NCBI RefSeq assembly: GCF_051859145.1
Contig: NZ_JBHYGF010000001.1
Span: 4,032 to 68,031, forward strand
Length of the DNA: 64,000 bases
Direction of reading: 5' to 3'
DNA from: Dyadobacter sp.
Lineage (GTDB): Bacteria; Bacteroidota; Bacteroidia; Cytophagales; Spirosomataceae
Part shown: positions 48,311-57,175 of the stretch, piece by piece
How positions within the stretch are numbered: the first letter of the stretch is position 1
Layout of the letters: the number at the start of each line of letters is the position of its first letter
Notes under the pieces: model-generated
Databases searched by the model: none
The model's input: only the letters and a program-made list of their open reading frames with translations
Told to the model about the DNA's origin: nothing
Position numbers and translations under genes: made by a program

Positions 48311-48567
48311 TGAATTTTAAAACTTGTATCATGGAAAGGAAAATAGACGCCGGAGGCCGATGCATTTTTGTTTTAAGTTGGATATCAGCCGGATTTTTAA
48401 GTTGCATGTGGATCAGTTTGCTAATACTGGATCTGTCTTACAATCCTATGTTGTTTTTAAAGGCTCATATTGTCGCTCTGGTGACATTTGCAATCAAATA
48501 TGATATAGATTTCAACCTTAAACACGTAAAGCCCGGTGCAGCCGATAAAATAGGCTGTAAATATTAA
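48310..48567 (+). CDS. Possible small membrane protein
   Basis: 85-aa ORF with two hydrophobic stretches; no motif. Confidence 0.3.
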   Translation: MNFKTCIMERKIDAGGRCIFVLSWISAGFLSCMWISLLILDLSYNPMLFLKAHIVALVTFAIKYDIDFNLKHVKPGAADKIGCKY

Positions 48568-48708
48568 GATGATAATTGAGATCTCTGACTTTTAGAAATT
48601 TTTAATGCTAAGCAGATTTCAATAAAATATTTTTCTAAAGCATGATCCTTCTGTACGCAAATCTTAGCGTCATGTTTGGAGGGGTTTTAGACGGAAATGC
48701 AGTGTATA

Positions 48709-48843
48709 GGTTGTCCGAAATACTACATGTAAGCTTTTAAGAAGATGATGTCCATTGCTCCTAAGCGAGCACCGGCTCCTGATGTGATCCATATTAACCA
48801 CAATGTCAGAAGAAGAATGGGTTGTCCGAAATACTACATGTAA
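48709..48843 (+). repeat. Distal iteron-like copies
   Basis: GGTTGTCCGAAATACTACATGTAA identical at 48709-48732 and 48820-48843. Confidence 0.85.
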
Positions 48844-49025
48844 CCCGTTTTATAAGATGCTAACCTTTGATCCTGAGGTTTTCGTTACAAATGGGCGAAA
48901 ACATACGCTAAGAAACTAAGTTACTAGTTTATACCGCTGCCATTTAACATCTGAGCTTTACAGTCAATCCGTTATTATCTACAATTGTCAGCCGATTTTT
49001 GGGATCTTCAATATTTCAGAAAAAT

Positions 49026-49051
49026 CATATTTAAGCAAATACTTAAATATG
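49026..49051 (+). promoter_or_regulatory. Putative ArsR operator 2
   Basis: CATATTTAAG-CAAATA-CTTAAATATG; the core 22 bp is the exact reverse complement of operator 1; a perfect -7 TATATTTG follows at 49054-49061. Confidence 0.8.
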
Positions 49052-49080
49052 ATTATATTTGTCTAAAATCATAGGCAAAT

Positions 49081-49467
49081 ATGGAAAAAGAGTTAGATCA
49101 AGCCAATAGCTGTATCCGTTTGTTCGCTGATCAGGTGCAGATCCAGGTATGTAAGGAAATATTATTTGAAAATGAAGACGCTTTTACCCGATTATCTCAG
49201 GTCTATGCACTTGCTGGAAATGATGCCCGCCTAAAAATACTTTATCTTCTCCAGCAGCAGAATGAGCTTTGTCCTTGCGATTTAAGCGATATTTTGCATA
49301 TGACGGTTCCGGCTGTTTCTCAGCATCTTCGTAAATTAAAAGATGCCAGCTTAGTACGTACCCGAAAATCCGGACAAACCATCTTTTATTCGATCATACC
49401 TGATCAGGCAGATGTCATTAACCAATTATTTATGCATATTCCCAATCAAGAAAGTATAGCAGTATGA
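49081..49467 (+). CDS. ArsR/SmtB-family repressor (paralog of 35002)
   Basis: LAGNDARLKILYLL..ELCPCDL..TVPAVSQHLRKL. Confidence 0.93.
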   Translation: MEKELDQANSCIRLFADQVQIQVCKEILFENEDAFTRLSQVYALAGNDARLKILYLLQQQNELCPCDLSDILHMTVPAVSQHLRKLKDASLVRTRKSGQTIFYSIIPDQADVINQLFMHIPNQESIAV

Positions 49468-50051
49468 AAGCACCCAAAGTTACCGCTAATGCCGGTATTC
49501 TTACTGCATTGGCAAGTTCTGTTTGTTGTATCACACCGTTACTGGCCATGGTGGCCGGGACAAGCAGCCTGGCAACAACTTTTGATTGGATTGTGCCTGC
49601 TCGTCCTTATTTTATTGTTGGTACTGTATTGATTTTAGGTTTTGCCTGGTATCAGCAGTTAAAACCAGTTTCCGAAGCCTCATGTAATTGCGAACCTGAA
49701 AACAAACCATTTATGCAAACCAAAAAGTTTTTAAGCATGGTAACCCTTGCAGCAGTATTACTCATTACTTTCCCGAGTTATTCTGGACTAGTCTATCATC
49801 AGAAACAGGAAGTAAAACAACCCATTTCCAAGAAAGGGCAAACAGCCATTATAAAAATTAAAGGGATGACCTGTGAAGGGTGTGAACATCATGTCACACA
49901 GGAAGTCAATAAGTTAAAAGGCATACAGCAGGTTCAGGTGTCGTACAAAAAAGGCAATGCAACCGTTAAGTATGACAGTACAAAAACATCACTGGCAGCA
50001 ATTAAAAAAGCAGTCGATGCTACCGGATATAAAGTCGTTGAAACAAACTAG
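49464..50051 (+). CDS. merTP: Mercuric transport protein, MerT-MerP fusion
   Basis: SVCCITP and C-terminal GMTCEGC. Confidence 0.9.
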   Translation: MKAPKVTANAGILTALASSVCCITPLLAMVAGTSSLATTFDWIVPARPYFIVGTVLILGFAWYQQLKPVSEASCNCEPENKPFMQTKKFLSMVTLAAVLLITFPSYSGLVYHQKQEVKQPISKKGQTAIIKIKGMTCEGCEHHVTQEVNKLKGIQQVQVSYKKGNATVKYDSTKTSLAAIKKAVDATGYKVVETN

Positions 50052-50057
50052 GCAGTT

Positions 50058-50267
50058 ATGAATGTAATATTAGAATCTGTAATTTCCTGCCCGCACTGCA
50101 ATACCAAATACGCTGAAACGATGCCGGTTAATGCATGTATGTACTTTTACGAGTGCACAAATTGCAAGACATTGCTAAGGCCAGCTGCGGGTGATTGCTG
50201 TGTATTTTGCACCTATGGAACGGTGAAGTGCCCACCGATACAAATGAACAAGTCATGCTGTGCCTAA
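50058..50267 (+). CDS. GDCCVxC-domain Cys-rich protein
   Basis: CPHC, YFYECTNC, GDCCVFCTYG. Confidence 0.9.
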   Translation: MNVILESVISCPHCNTKYAETMPVNACMYFYECTNCKTLLRPAAGDCCVFCTYGTVKCPPIQMNKSCCA

Positions 50268-50285
50268 CAATATAATATCAATGCC

Positions 50286-50696
50286 ATGAAAATGATGAAA
50301 ACAATTCCGGCCCTTCCTGTTCAAAATATTGAAGAGTCCGTAAAATTTTATTCTGAAAAATTGGGTTTCACGGCACCATATTATGACGACGGCTTTGCCA
50401 AGGTAGTCCGCGATGAAATTGAGATCCATTTATGGGCATCTTCGGATGAGAGCTGGAAGAACAAGGGCTTAGCCTTGGTTGCAGATCCAATCTGCAGTGG
50501 GGCCGAGAGCTTTCTGGCAGGCACGGCCAGTTGCCGGATTGAAGTCCAAGGTATTGATGAGTTGTACGACGAATATAAAAAGCAAGGCGTTATATATGAC
50601 GCCGAAACTGTTGTGGAAGAGCAACCATGGGGAGACCGGGAATTTCCAGCACTTGACCTCCATCGTAATCTGTTAACTTTTTATGAGGAGATTTAG
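50286..50696 (+). CDS. VOC/bleomycin-resistance-like protein
   Basis: TIPALPVQNIEESVKFY..LGF, QPWGDREF..LDLHRNLLTF. Confidence 0.85.
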   Translation: MKMMKTIPALPVQNIEESVKFYSEKLGFTAPYYDDGFAKVVRDEIEIHLWASSDESWKNKGLALVADPICSGAESFLAGTASCRIEVQGIDELYDEYKKQGVIYDAETVVEEQPWGDREFPALDLHRNLLTFYEEI

Positions 50697-50733
50697 AAAA
50701 ACCCACGCCAACATTGAGCTTAAAGTAACGGGA

Positions 50734-51348
50734 TCAAACTGTATCTTTTGATCTTGATAGGTAGTTGTAAACAGTTCCATAGGCTATCCCTAGCTGTTTA
50801 GAAATCTTGTTCATTGATAACCCTGACTTTTGTAATTCAAAAATTTCATTTTGCCGATCTATTGATATAGTCGGCCGCGAAATACGTTTTCCTTGTGCTT
50901 TTGCCCTAGCCATACCCGCTTTTACCCTTTGACTGATCAGCGAACTTTCGAATTGAGCCAGGGAAGCCATCACATGAAATATCAGCTCACCGGTTGGTGT
51001 GGTGGTGTCAATATTTTCCTGATAGGATATAAAGTCGATACCCATGCTTTGAAATTCTTTCATTGCATTAACCAGTGCCTGGGTAGAACGTGCAAACCGA
51101 TCATACCGCCAAACCAAAACTACATCCAGTTTTCTCTTTTTGGCCGCGGCCATCATTAATTTATACTGGATCCTGTCCTGGGTTGTTCCGGATGCATAGT
51201 CTATAAATTCCCCAATGACATCAAAGTTACGCTTGGATGCGTATTCTCTTAACTGGGTTAACTGAGTTTCCGGATCCTGTCCTTTATCCTGGGTGGATAC
51301 CCTTGCATATAGTGCTACCCGTTTGGTTTGAATTACCTGGTTTTTCAT
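50734..51348 (-). CDS. tnpR: Serine resolvase of Tn-B
   Basis: LYARVST, VWRYDRFARS, SQRVKAGMARAK, C-terminal HTH; divergent from tnpA. Confidence 0.92.
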   Translation of the reverse strand: MKNQVIQTKRVALYARVSTQDKGQDPETQLTQLREYASKRNFDVIGEFIDYASGTTQDRIQYKLMMAAAKKRKLDVVLVWRYDRFARSTQALVNAMKEFQSMGIDFISYQENIDTTTPTGELIFHVMASLAQFESSLISQRVKAGMARAKAQGKRISRPTISIDRQNEIFELQKSGLSMNKISKQLGIAYGTVYNYLSRSKDTV

Positions 51349-51467
51349 TTAATTGCCTATCAAAAAGGAGTTCCTTTACAAAGATAGTTTTTGATATCAA
51401 AAAACAAGCTTTAAACCTATTTCAAGCGTGGTAGATTTTGATACCCTTTTTGATAACTGTTTTTCAT

Positions 51468-54455
51468 ATGGCATCACTATTTTTAAACCAGGCGCAGCGT
51501 GAACGCTACGAGCGGGTACCCATGGAAATATCTGAATATGATTTGATGCAATTTTTTCAGATTTCGCATCATGATAAAATTTTTCTTAAATCATTCAGAG
51601 GGGAACATAACCGGCTAGCGATTGCCCTTCAAACAGGTATTGTCCGCTTCATGGGTTTTCTTCCCGACAAATGGCAAGTACAGATTCCGGCAAATGTAGC
51701 TGCAATGGTATGTGATCATCTAAATATCAATATTGAACGATTAGCACTATACGGAAACAGGGATGCAACCAGAACAGAACACTTGAATCTGGTACTAAGA
51801 TATTTAAAGTTCCGCAGATGGCAACCCATGGATGAACTCTGGCTAGCGCCATGGCTTTTAAACAAAGGTATGGAGCATGATAATGAAGCCATATTGCTCG
51901 AACAAGTTTGTTTAAAGCTTGGACAGGAAAGAATTTTGAGACCATCGATTGGAACATTGGAACGAATTGTAGGGAGTCTGGATGAACAGCTGCACCAGGA
52001 AACATACCGCAGGTTCAGTTTGCTTTTGACCGAAGATATGAAATCCAGGCTGACTCAAATTTTAGAATTGGATATTCTCCGTGGTATTACTTTGCATCGA
52101 TGGCTTTGCCAGGTACCTACCAGTAATACCCCAAGATCAATCAATCAAACGCTGGAGAAGATAAACTTTTTGAAATCATTTAACGTCCATGAATGGGACT
52201 TGTCGGTCATAAGCCTAAACCGGAGAAAAAGATTAACACAAATAGCCAGGAATGTTTCAAACAAGTATTTACAAAGATTGAACGCTACCAGAAGGTACCC
52301 GATTTTAATCTGTTTTCTGTATGAAAGCCTGATGGATACAAATGATAAAGTGCTGGAAATGTTTGATGATTATTGGGAGCACATTGTTAATGGCTCAAAA
52401 AAGGAACTGGATATCTACCAGCAGTCCTTGTTCAAATCGCAGAACGAAGCAATGAAAACTTTGTCCCAGGCAGTCAGCATCATTGTTAACGATACTGTTA
52501 CAGACGACCAGTTACGGAGTTTAATTTTTGAGATATATCCAAAGGAAGTTCTCATGGAGGCATTACTTGTTACAAGGTCCGCACTACGTCCCATCAGGCA
52601 GACCCATTTATACTACCTCAATAATTATTATGGCAATTTGAAACAGTTTACACCGAACCTTCTCAAAACCTTTGATTTTCAAATTGCACATTCGAAAGAT
52701 GGTTTTCAGAAAGTTATCGAGATACTAACTGATTTACAATCTGGAAAGAAAAGGAAATTACCTGATGACACACCGGTCGATTTTATAACGCCTTCCTGGA
52801 ATAAACTGGTTTTTGAAAACGATCAGCAGCAGCCCGAAATTTTCCCACAACGCCAGCCTTACGAATTATGTGCCTTGGCTAACTTACGTGACCGGCTCCG
52901 TTCCGGGGATGTATTTATAAATATTTCCCGAAAATATGCTGACTTCAATTCGCTGCTTCTTTCAAAAACTCAATGGGAATTGCTACGGAAGGATTTTTGT
53001 AGTCAAATGTCAATGCCTTCTCTACCCACCGAGCGTATTGATCAGCGTTTACATGAACTGGAATCACTGTTAAAACCACTTGATGAACTGCTTAATGCCG
53101 GCGGAGAAATACGGCTTGAAGAAGGTGTATTGGTAGTGCCAGCACTTCCGGCAGAAAATATTCCCCTTTCAGCAAAAGCCCTTAGAGAGCAGATTAATCA
53201 GCGGCTCCCGAAAGTCAATATTACTGATATCATAAAAGAAGTAGATGCATGGATAAACTTTTCAGAACATCTTCACGGCCTGGAAAACGAACCGCGCAAC
53301 CCGGAGCACCAGTCCCTTTTATACGCTGCTGTGTTTGCTGCGGGTTGTAATTTACCCTTATCGGATCTAGCCAGGTCTTGTGAACTTGACTATCAATCAC
53401 TTTGGTGGACAAGCAATAACTATCTGTCAGAAGAAAATCTTAAAAAGGCAAATGATACTCTTGTTAATTTTCATTACCAGCAATGGCTAAGCGGTTATTG
53501 GGGAGGGGGTACACTTTCATCTTCAGACGGACAGCGCTTCCCGACCAGTGGAAAAATCCGTAATGCGAAAGCACTACCCAATTACTTTGGATACGGTAAA
53601 GGCATTACCTTTTATACGCATACTTCTGATCAGTATAGCCAGTATGGCAGCCGTAGCATCTCTTCAACTGAAAGGGATGCCACATATGTCTTGGATGAAA
53701 TTATTGGAAATGAAACCGATTTGCCCATTCTCGAACATACCACTGATACAGCTGGTTATTCAGATTTGATCTTTGCCTTGTTTGATTTGCTAGGAATGGA
53801 TTTTTGCCCAAGGATCCGGGACATAAAAGATCAGAGGTTGTGTAAAATAAAGGATAAGGAATGGGAATATCCTGCATTGAAATTTACCGGACGTGTTAAT
53901 CCGGAATATTTAAAACAACATTTTGACGAACTTTTAAAAGTCGCTGCCTCTATTAAATCGGGACGAGTGACTGCTTCATTATTGATTTCAAAACTCCAGT
54001 CTTATCCACGTCAAAACAACTTGATGTATGTTTTGCAAGCTTACGGCCAGCTGATTAAAACCAACTTTATCCTCAAATACCTGCTTAACCTGCCTTTACG
54101 CAGAAAGATAAATACACAGCTGATCAAAGGAGAACAGCTTCATAACCTAAGGCTTTACCTGTGGTTTGGCAGTGATGGGATTGTCCGCAGAAAACAAGAA
54201 GAGCAACAACAAAAAATTGTCAGGAGCCTGAATCTGATAACGAATATTATCCTGGTCTGGAACACAGTGTATCAGCAGGAAATTATCAAGCAATTACACC
54301 AGGAAGGATATGTTGTTGACGAAAATGACTTTGAGTTTATCTCCCCTGCACCCTTTGAGCATATCAACCGATTGGGCAAATATTCCTTTAATACAAATCC
54401 AGAGCTTGGAGACAACGGTTTACGACCATTAAGAAAGCCGAAACTAAGTAACTAG
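51468..54455 (+). CDS. tnpA: Tn3-family transposase, intact
   Basis: About 995 aa from ATG 51468; SSSDGQRF, HTTDTAGY, RKINTQLIKGEQLH, HINRLGKY. Confidence 0.95.
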   Translation: MASLFLNQAQRERYERVPMEISEYDLMQFFQISHHDKIFLKSFRGEHNRLAIALQTGIVRFMGFLPDKWQVQIPANVAAMVCDHLNINIERLALYGNRDATRTEHLNLVLRYLKFRRWQPMDELWLAPWLLNKGMEHDNEAILLEQVCLKLGQERILRPSIGTLERIVGSLDEQLHQETYRRFSLLLTEDMKSRLTQILELDILRGITLHRWLCQVPTSNTPRSINQTLEKINFLKSFNVHEWDLSVISLNRRKRLTQIARNVSNKYLQRLNATRRYPILICFLYESLMDTNDKVLEMFDDYWEHIVNGSKKELDIYQQSLFKSQNEAMKTLSQAVSIIVNDTVTDDQLRSLIFEIYPKEVLMEALLVTRSALRPIRQTHLYYLNNYYGNLKQFTPNLLKTFDFQIAHSKDGFQKVIEILTDLQSGKKRKLPDDTPVDFITPSWNKLVFENDQQQPEIFPQRQPYELCALANLRDRLRSGDVFINISRKYADFNSLLLSKTQWELLRKDFCSQMSMPSLPTERIDQRLHELESLLKPLDELLNAGGEIRLEEGVLVVPALPAENIPLSAKALREQINQRLPKVNITDIIKEVDAWINFSEHLHGLENEPRNPEHQSLLYAAVFAAGCNLPLSDLARSCELDYQSLWWTSNNYLSEENLKKANDTLVNFHYQQWLSGYWGGGTLSSSDGQRFPTSGKIRNAKALPNYFGYGKGITFYTHTSDQYSQYGSRSISSTERDATYVLDEIIGNETDLPILEHTTDTAGYSDLIFALFDLLGMDFCPRIRDIKDQRLCKIKDKEWEYPALKFTGRVNPEYLKQHFDELLKVAASIKSGRVTASLLISKLQSYPRQNNLMYVLQAYGQLIKTNFILKYLLNLPLRRKINTQLIKGEQLHNLRLYLWFGSDGIVRRKQEEQQQKIVRSLNLITNIILVWNTVYQQEIIKQLHQEGYVVDENDFEFISPAPFEHINRLGKYSFNTNPELGDNGLRPLRKPKLSN

Positions 54456-54603
54456 TTACTTAGCGTATGTTTTCGCCCATTTGTAACGAAAACCTCATCC
54501 TTAGCGAGAAACGTTTCATTGTTTTTACTTGAAAAATTTTAATCTGGTTATTGATCCGGCCAGCTGTTTCATTTTAATTTATCACCTATACTAATTTTAG
54601 GAC

Positions 54604-54783
54604 GGTTGTCGCAAATACTACATTTAATTCATTTTCAAAGTCTGATTTCTGGCGGATTTTGGAAGGTTGATACATGATGATTGCCGTGATATAGCTGTTT
54701 ATTGAGGTAAAACTTCATTTTTTTGCAGCACTTGGTTCGAAGCCCTGCAATGGGATACCCGTTGTCGGGAATACTACATGTAA
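54604..54783 (+). repeat. Iteron-like copies right of Tn-B
   Basis: GGTTGTCGCAAATACTACATTTAA (54604-54627) and CGTTGTCGGGAATACTACATGTAA (54760-54783). Confidence 0.85.
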
Positions 54784-55053
54784 CCTTTCTTAAAAGCCTA
54801 AGCTTTTGCTAATCAACTTCCCTAGCTCCCGGCCTGATCAGTGAATCAACGCCTAAGAAAATTCTTATCCTGGTCAAAGATCTTGTCAATTTTGCTTAGG
54901 TTTTCAGCTGGCCACACCTGGTGCCGGCGCAAAAAACACTAGCAAATTAAGTAGGGTATGGGAAATGATAAAGTGCCCCAAACCTGACAGGGTATTGGGG
55001 CGCGAAAAATTAAACCTCTTAAAATTTAACATTCGTAAGTCAAAATTAAGTCT

Positions 55054-55548
55054 TTATTTGACTATAAAAAAGGTCTTTTTAAAGGTCTTTGACTTCTTTG
55101 CATCGTCAGTACAGGTAATGCTTACTGATGTCTGCCCAAGGGTTATGGGAATGAATCGAATATATAATTTGTCTTTGGCAAAATTCGATGTTGTCACGTT
55201 GAGCCAGTCATTCGCTCTTATTTCTTGCGACCGGTACACCAAGCTAGCGTCAGTACCTTCATCGACTTGATAGGTTATTTTATAATTTACATTTTTGCTG
55301 AAAGTAAGCTGTTTTAAGTACAGTTCAAGGAAGGTAACTCTACTTTTGCTAATTGTGTCAGTTGGTATTACGACATAGCTTGTATCCCGGCCCAGTTTCG
55401 CATCCATTGCCCGAAAAGAAAAGTTGTATTCAGGAAAGCCTGGCGTTGCACCGTAATCTTCCATAGGCGTTAGGCTTAACTGTCCTTCGCATCCTGTCAG
55501 TATCGCTATTCCGAAGAATATTGCGAACATATATTTTAAATTTTTCAT
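55054..55548 (-). CDS. traQ: Conjugative transfer lipoprotein TraQ (DUF3872-like)
   Basis: Lipobox LTGC, last gene of the tra block. Confidence 0.65.
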   Translation of the reverse strand: MKNLKYMFAIFFGIAILTGCEGQLSLTPMEDYGATPGFPEYNFSFRAMDAKLGRDTSYVVIPTDTISKSRVTFLELYLKQLTFSKNVNYKITYQVDEGTDASLVYRSQEIRANDWLNVTTSNFAKDKLYIRFIPITLGQTSVSITCTDDAKKSKTFKKTFFIVK

Positions 55549-55568
55549 AGCTATAATTATTGTTTACA

Positions 55569-56147
55569 CTATCTATTGAAACGGTAACCGATTCCCAGCT
55601 GGGTGTGGAATATCTTTGTGCTTGACTTAGGGAGCCAGCGCTGTTTTGCCTGGATTGTGAAGTGTTCTATTTCAATTTCTATTCCGACCATTCCACCAAT
55701 CAGAAATTTATTCTTGTTGTTTATGTGGTAATTACCGGCTACGCTAACATTGTTATTAACACTTTCATAACCAGCAAGTAACTGTGGAATGGCATTGAGA
55801 TAAAAGACTCTTCTTTTGCTTTTGATAAGCTTGAAGCCATGTCCAAATTGAACACTGTAATGACGTACCGGGATTGTTCCTGTATTAAGTCCATCAGGGC
55901 TGAACACATACGTCTTCTGCAAGTAGTCTAAGTTCCACCTCCAAGAATTTTCAAATTTGTTGTATCTACCTGTGCCAAGTGATACCCAAAAACCTGAGTT
56001 GTCATTTTTAAGGTTATGATCAATGCCATCAACAGTACCAGCTGCAATGTCAAAGAATCTACTGCCTTTAACATGTACCTGAGAAAAAGCATAAGTAACC
56101 GAAAGGCACAAAAATAATATTGTGAGTTTTATCAATTTCATGATCAT
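55569..56147 (-). CDS. traO: Conjugative transfer protein TraO
   Basis: Signal peptide, beta-strand-rich, LAGYESVN, C-terminal GYRFN; follows traN. Confidence 0.8.
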   Translation of the reverse strand: MIMKLIKLTILFLCLSVTYAFSQVHVKGSRFFDIAAGTVDGIDHNLKNDNSGFWVSLGTGRYNKFENSWRWNLDYLQKTYVFSPDGLNTGTIPVRHYSVQFGHGFKLIKSKRRVFYLNAIPQLLAGYESVNNNVSVAGNYHINNKNKFLIGGMVGIEIEIEHFTIQAKQRWLPKSSTKIFHTQLGIGYRFNR

Positions 56148-57136
56148 AGATTTTTTACCTGAAGTAATGTCTGATTGTCCAACTGGAACTTTACATGGCG
56201 GCCACCGGCTTTTTCATAGACTTCAATTTCTAGTATTTTACCATCCGCGAGTGTGTAATAGGGGAATGAGATCACTTTATCAATGTCTGAGTAGCCGTTT
56301 AGCTGGTCAGGAGTAATTGGATAAGACATTAAAGTTTTAATTTCTTCCTCTTGTACAGCCATTCTCTTGACGTAGTTTTTATCTCTGACAAACACCTTGA
56401 TAAAATCAATTTTATAAGGCATATAGCTTTTGTTCCGGAGTTGAAGCTTCATGAACAGGACATTATTATTGTCTAGGTATAAACCCTTTACGAGAGCTTC
56501 AAAATTGTCCTTTTTGGCCCCCACATGCCGGATGAAATTCTTCTTATCTACAACTTTTTGAGAGGAAGCCTTCAATGCTTCTTCTACATAATTGCCTTCC
56601 GCAAGTACATAAGTGTTTGGAGAACTATTCGAACCAGCACCTATTCCTAATGCCTTCGTTGCTTCATAATCAGCGATTATATTGTTTGAAATGTTAATGT
56701 TGAACACCGCTGGGTTTTCATTGTAACGCACTAAAAAACTGTAAAGTCCTCCATCCTCTGTTAGAACAGTCATATTTGTTTCTTCCACAAAGCCCTTTAC
56801 ATCACTTTTAACACGAAGAACATTGAGCACAGCTTCCGGAACAGTAGCAATTACAACGTCACTTCCGGCATCGAAATCTTTTATTTTACTAGGAAACACT
56901 ATGTGAGTGGTCTTGTTAAATGATAGCTCGACAGGGTAGCTCCCTCTTACCGATGCTTTTGCAATCGGCAAGATGAAAGGGTGGGGGTCAATTACTATTG
57001 GTTTTAAGTTACTCTTTTTTGATAAACTGTTTGGTATCAGTGAATCTAGTGAATCGCTCACTATCTGCGCATTATCCTGAGCAATTACGCTTTTACTTAA
57101 AACTAGCATGAGTACAATTGAAAGTATTTTTTTCAT
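56144..57136 (-). CDS. traN: Conjugative transfer protein TraN (DUF4138)
   Basis: SFNKTTHIVFPSKI, ETNMTVLTEDG.LYSF, YEKAGGRH. Confidence 0.92.
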   Translation of the reverse strand: MKKILSIVLMLVLSKSVIAQDNAQIVSDSLDSLIPNSLSKKSNLKPIVIDPHPFILPIAKASVRGSYPVELSFNKTTHIVFPSKIKDFDAGSDVVIATVPEAVLNVLRVKSDVKGFVEETNMTVLTEDGGLYSFLVRYNENPAVFNINISNNIIADYEATKALGIGAGSNSSPNTYVLAEGNYVEEALKASSQKVVDKKNFIRHVGAKKDNFEALVKGLYLDNNNVLFMKLQLRNKSYMPYKIDFIKVFVRDKNYVKRMAVQEEEIKTLMSYPITPDQLNGYSDIDKVISFPYYTLADGKILEIEVYEKAGGRHVKFQLDNQTLLQVKNL

Positions 57137-57175
57137 GACTATTGATTTCTATTTTGCTAAATTTTTGATGTTTTT

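Larger units (their letters stand above)
48875..54496 (+). mobile_element. Tn3-family transposon (Tn-B) carrying arsR-merTP-GDCCVxC-VOC, intact tnpA
   Basis: Perfect 38-bp IRs GAGGTTTTCGTTACAAATGGGCGAAAACATACGCTAAG (48875-48912 and 54459-54496); 5-bp duplication ATCCT (48870-48874 and 54497-54501). Confidence 0.96.

Noticed and set aside
48662-48682. CTTAGCGTCATGTTT resembling the inner part of the Tn-B IR
   Set aside because: Only about 14 nt similar, with no terminal GAGG/GGGG or target duplication; chance or an unprovable remnant
54790-55050. Possible oriT downstream of traQ
   Set aside because: No nick-site motif I can recognise and no relaxase gene in the window
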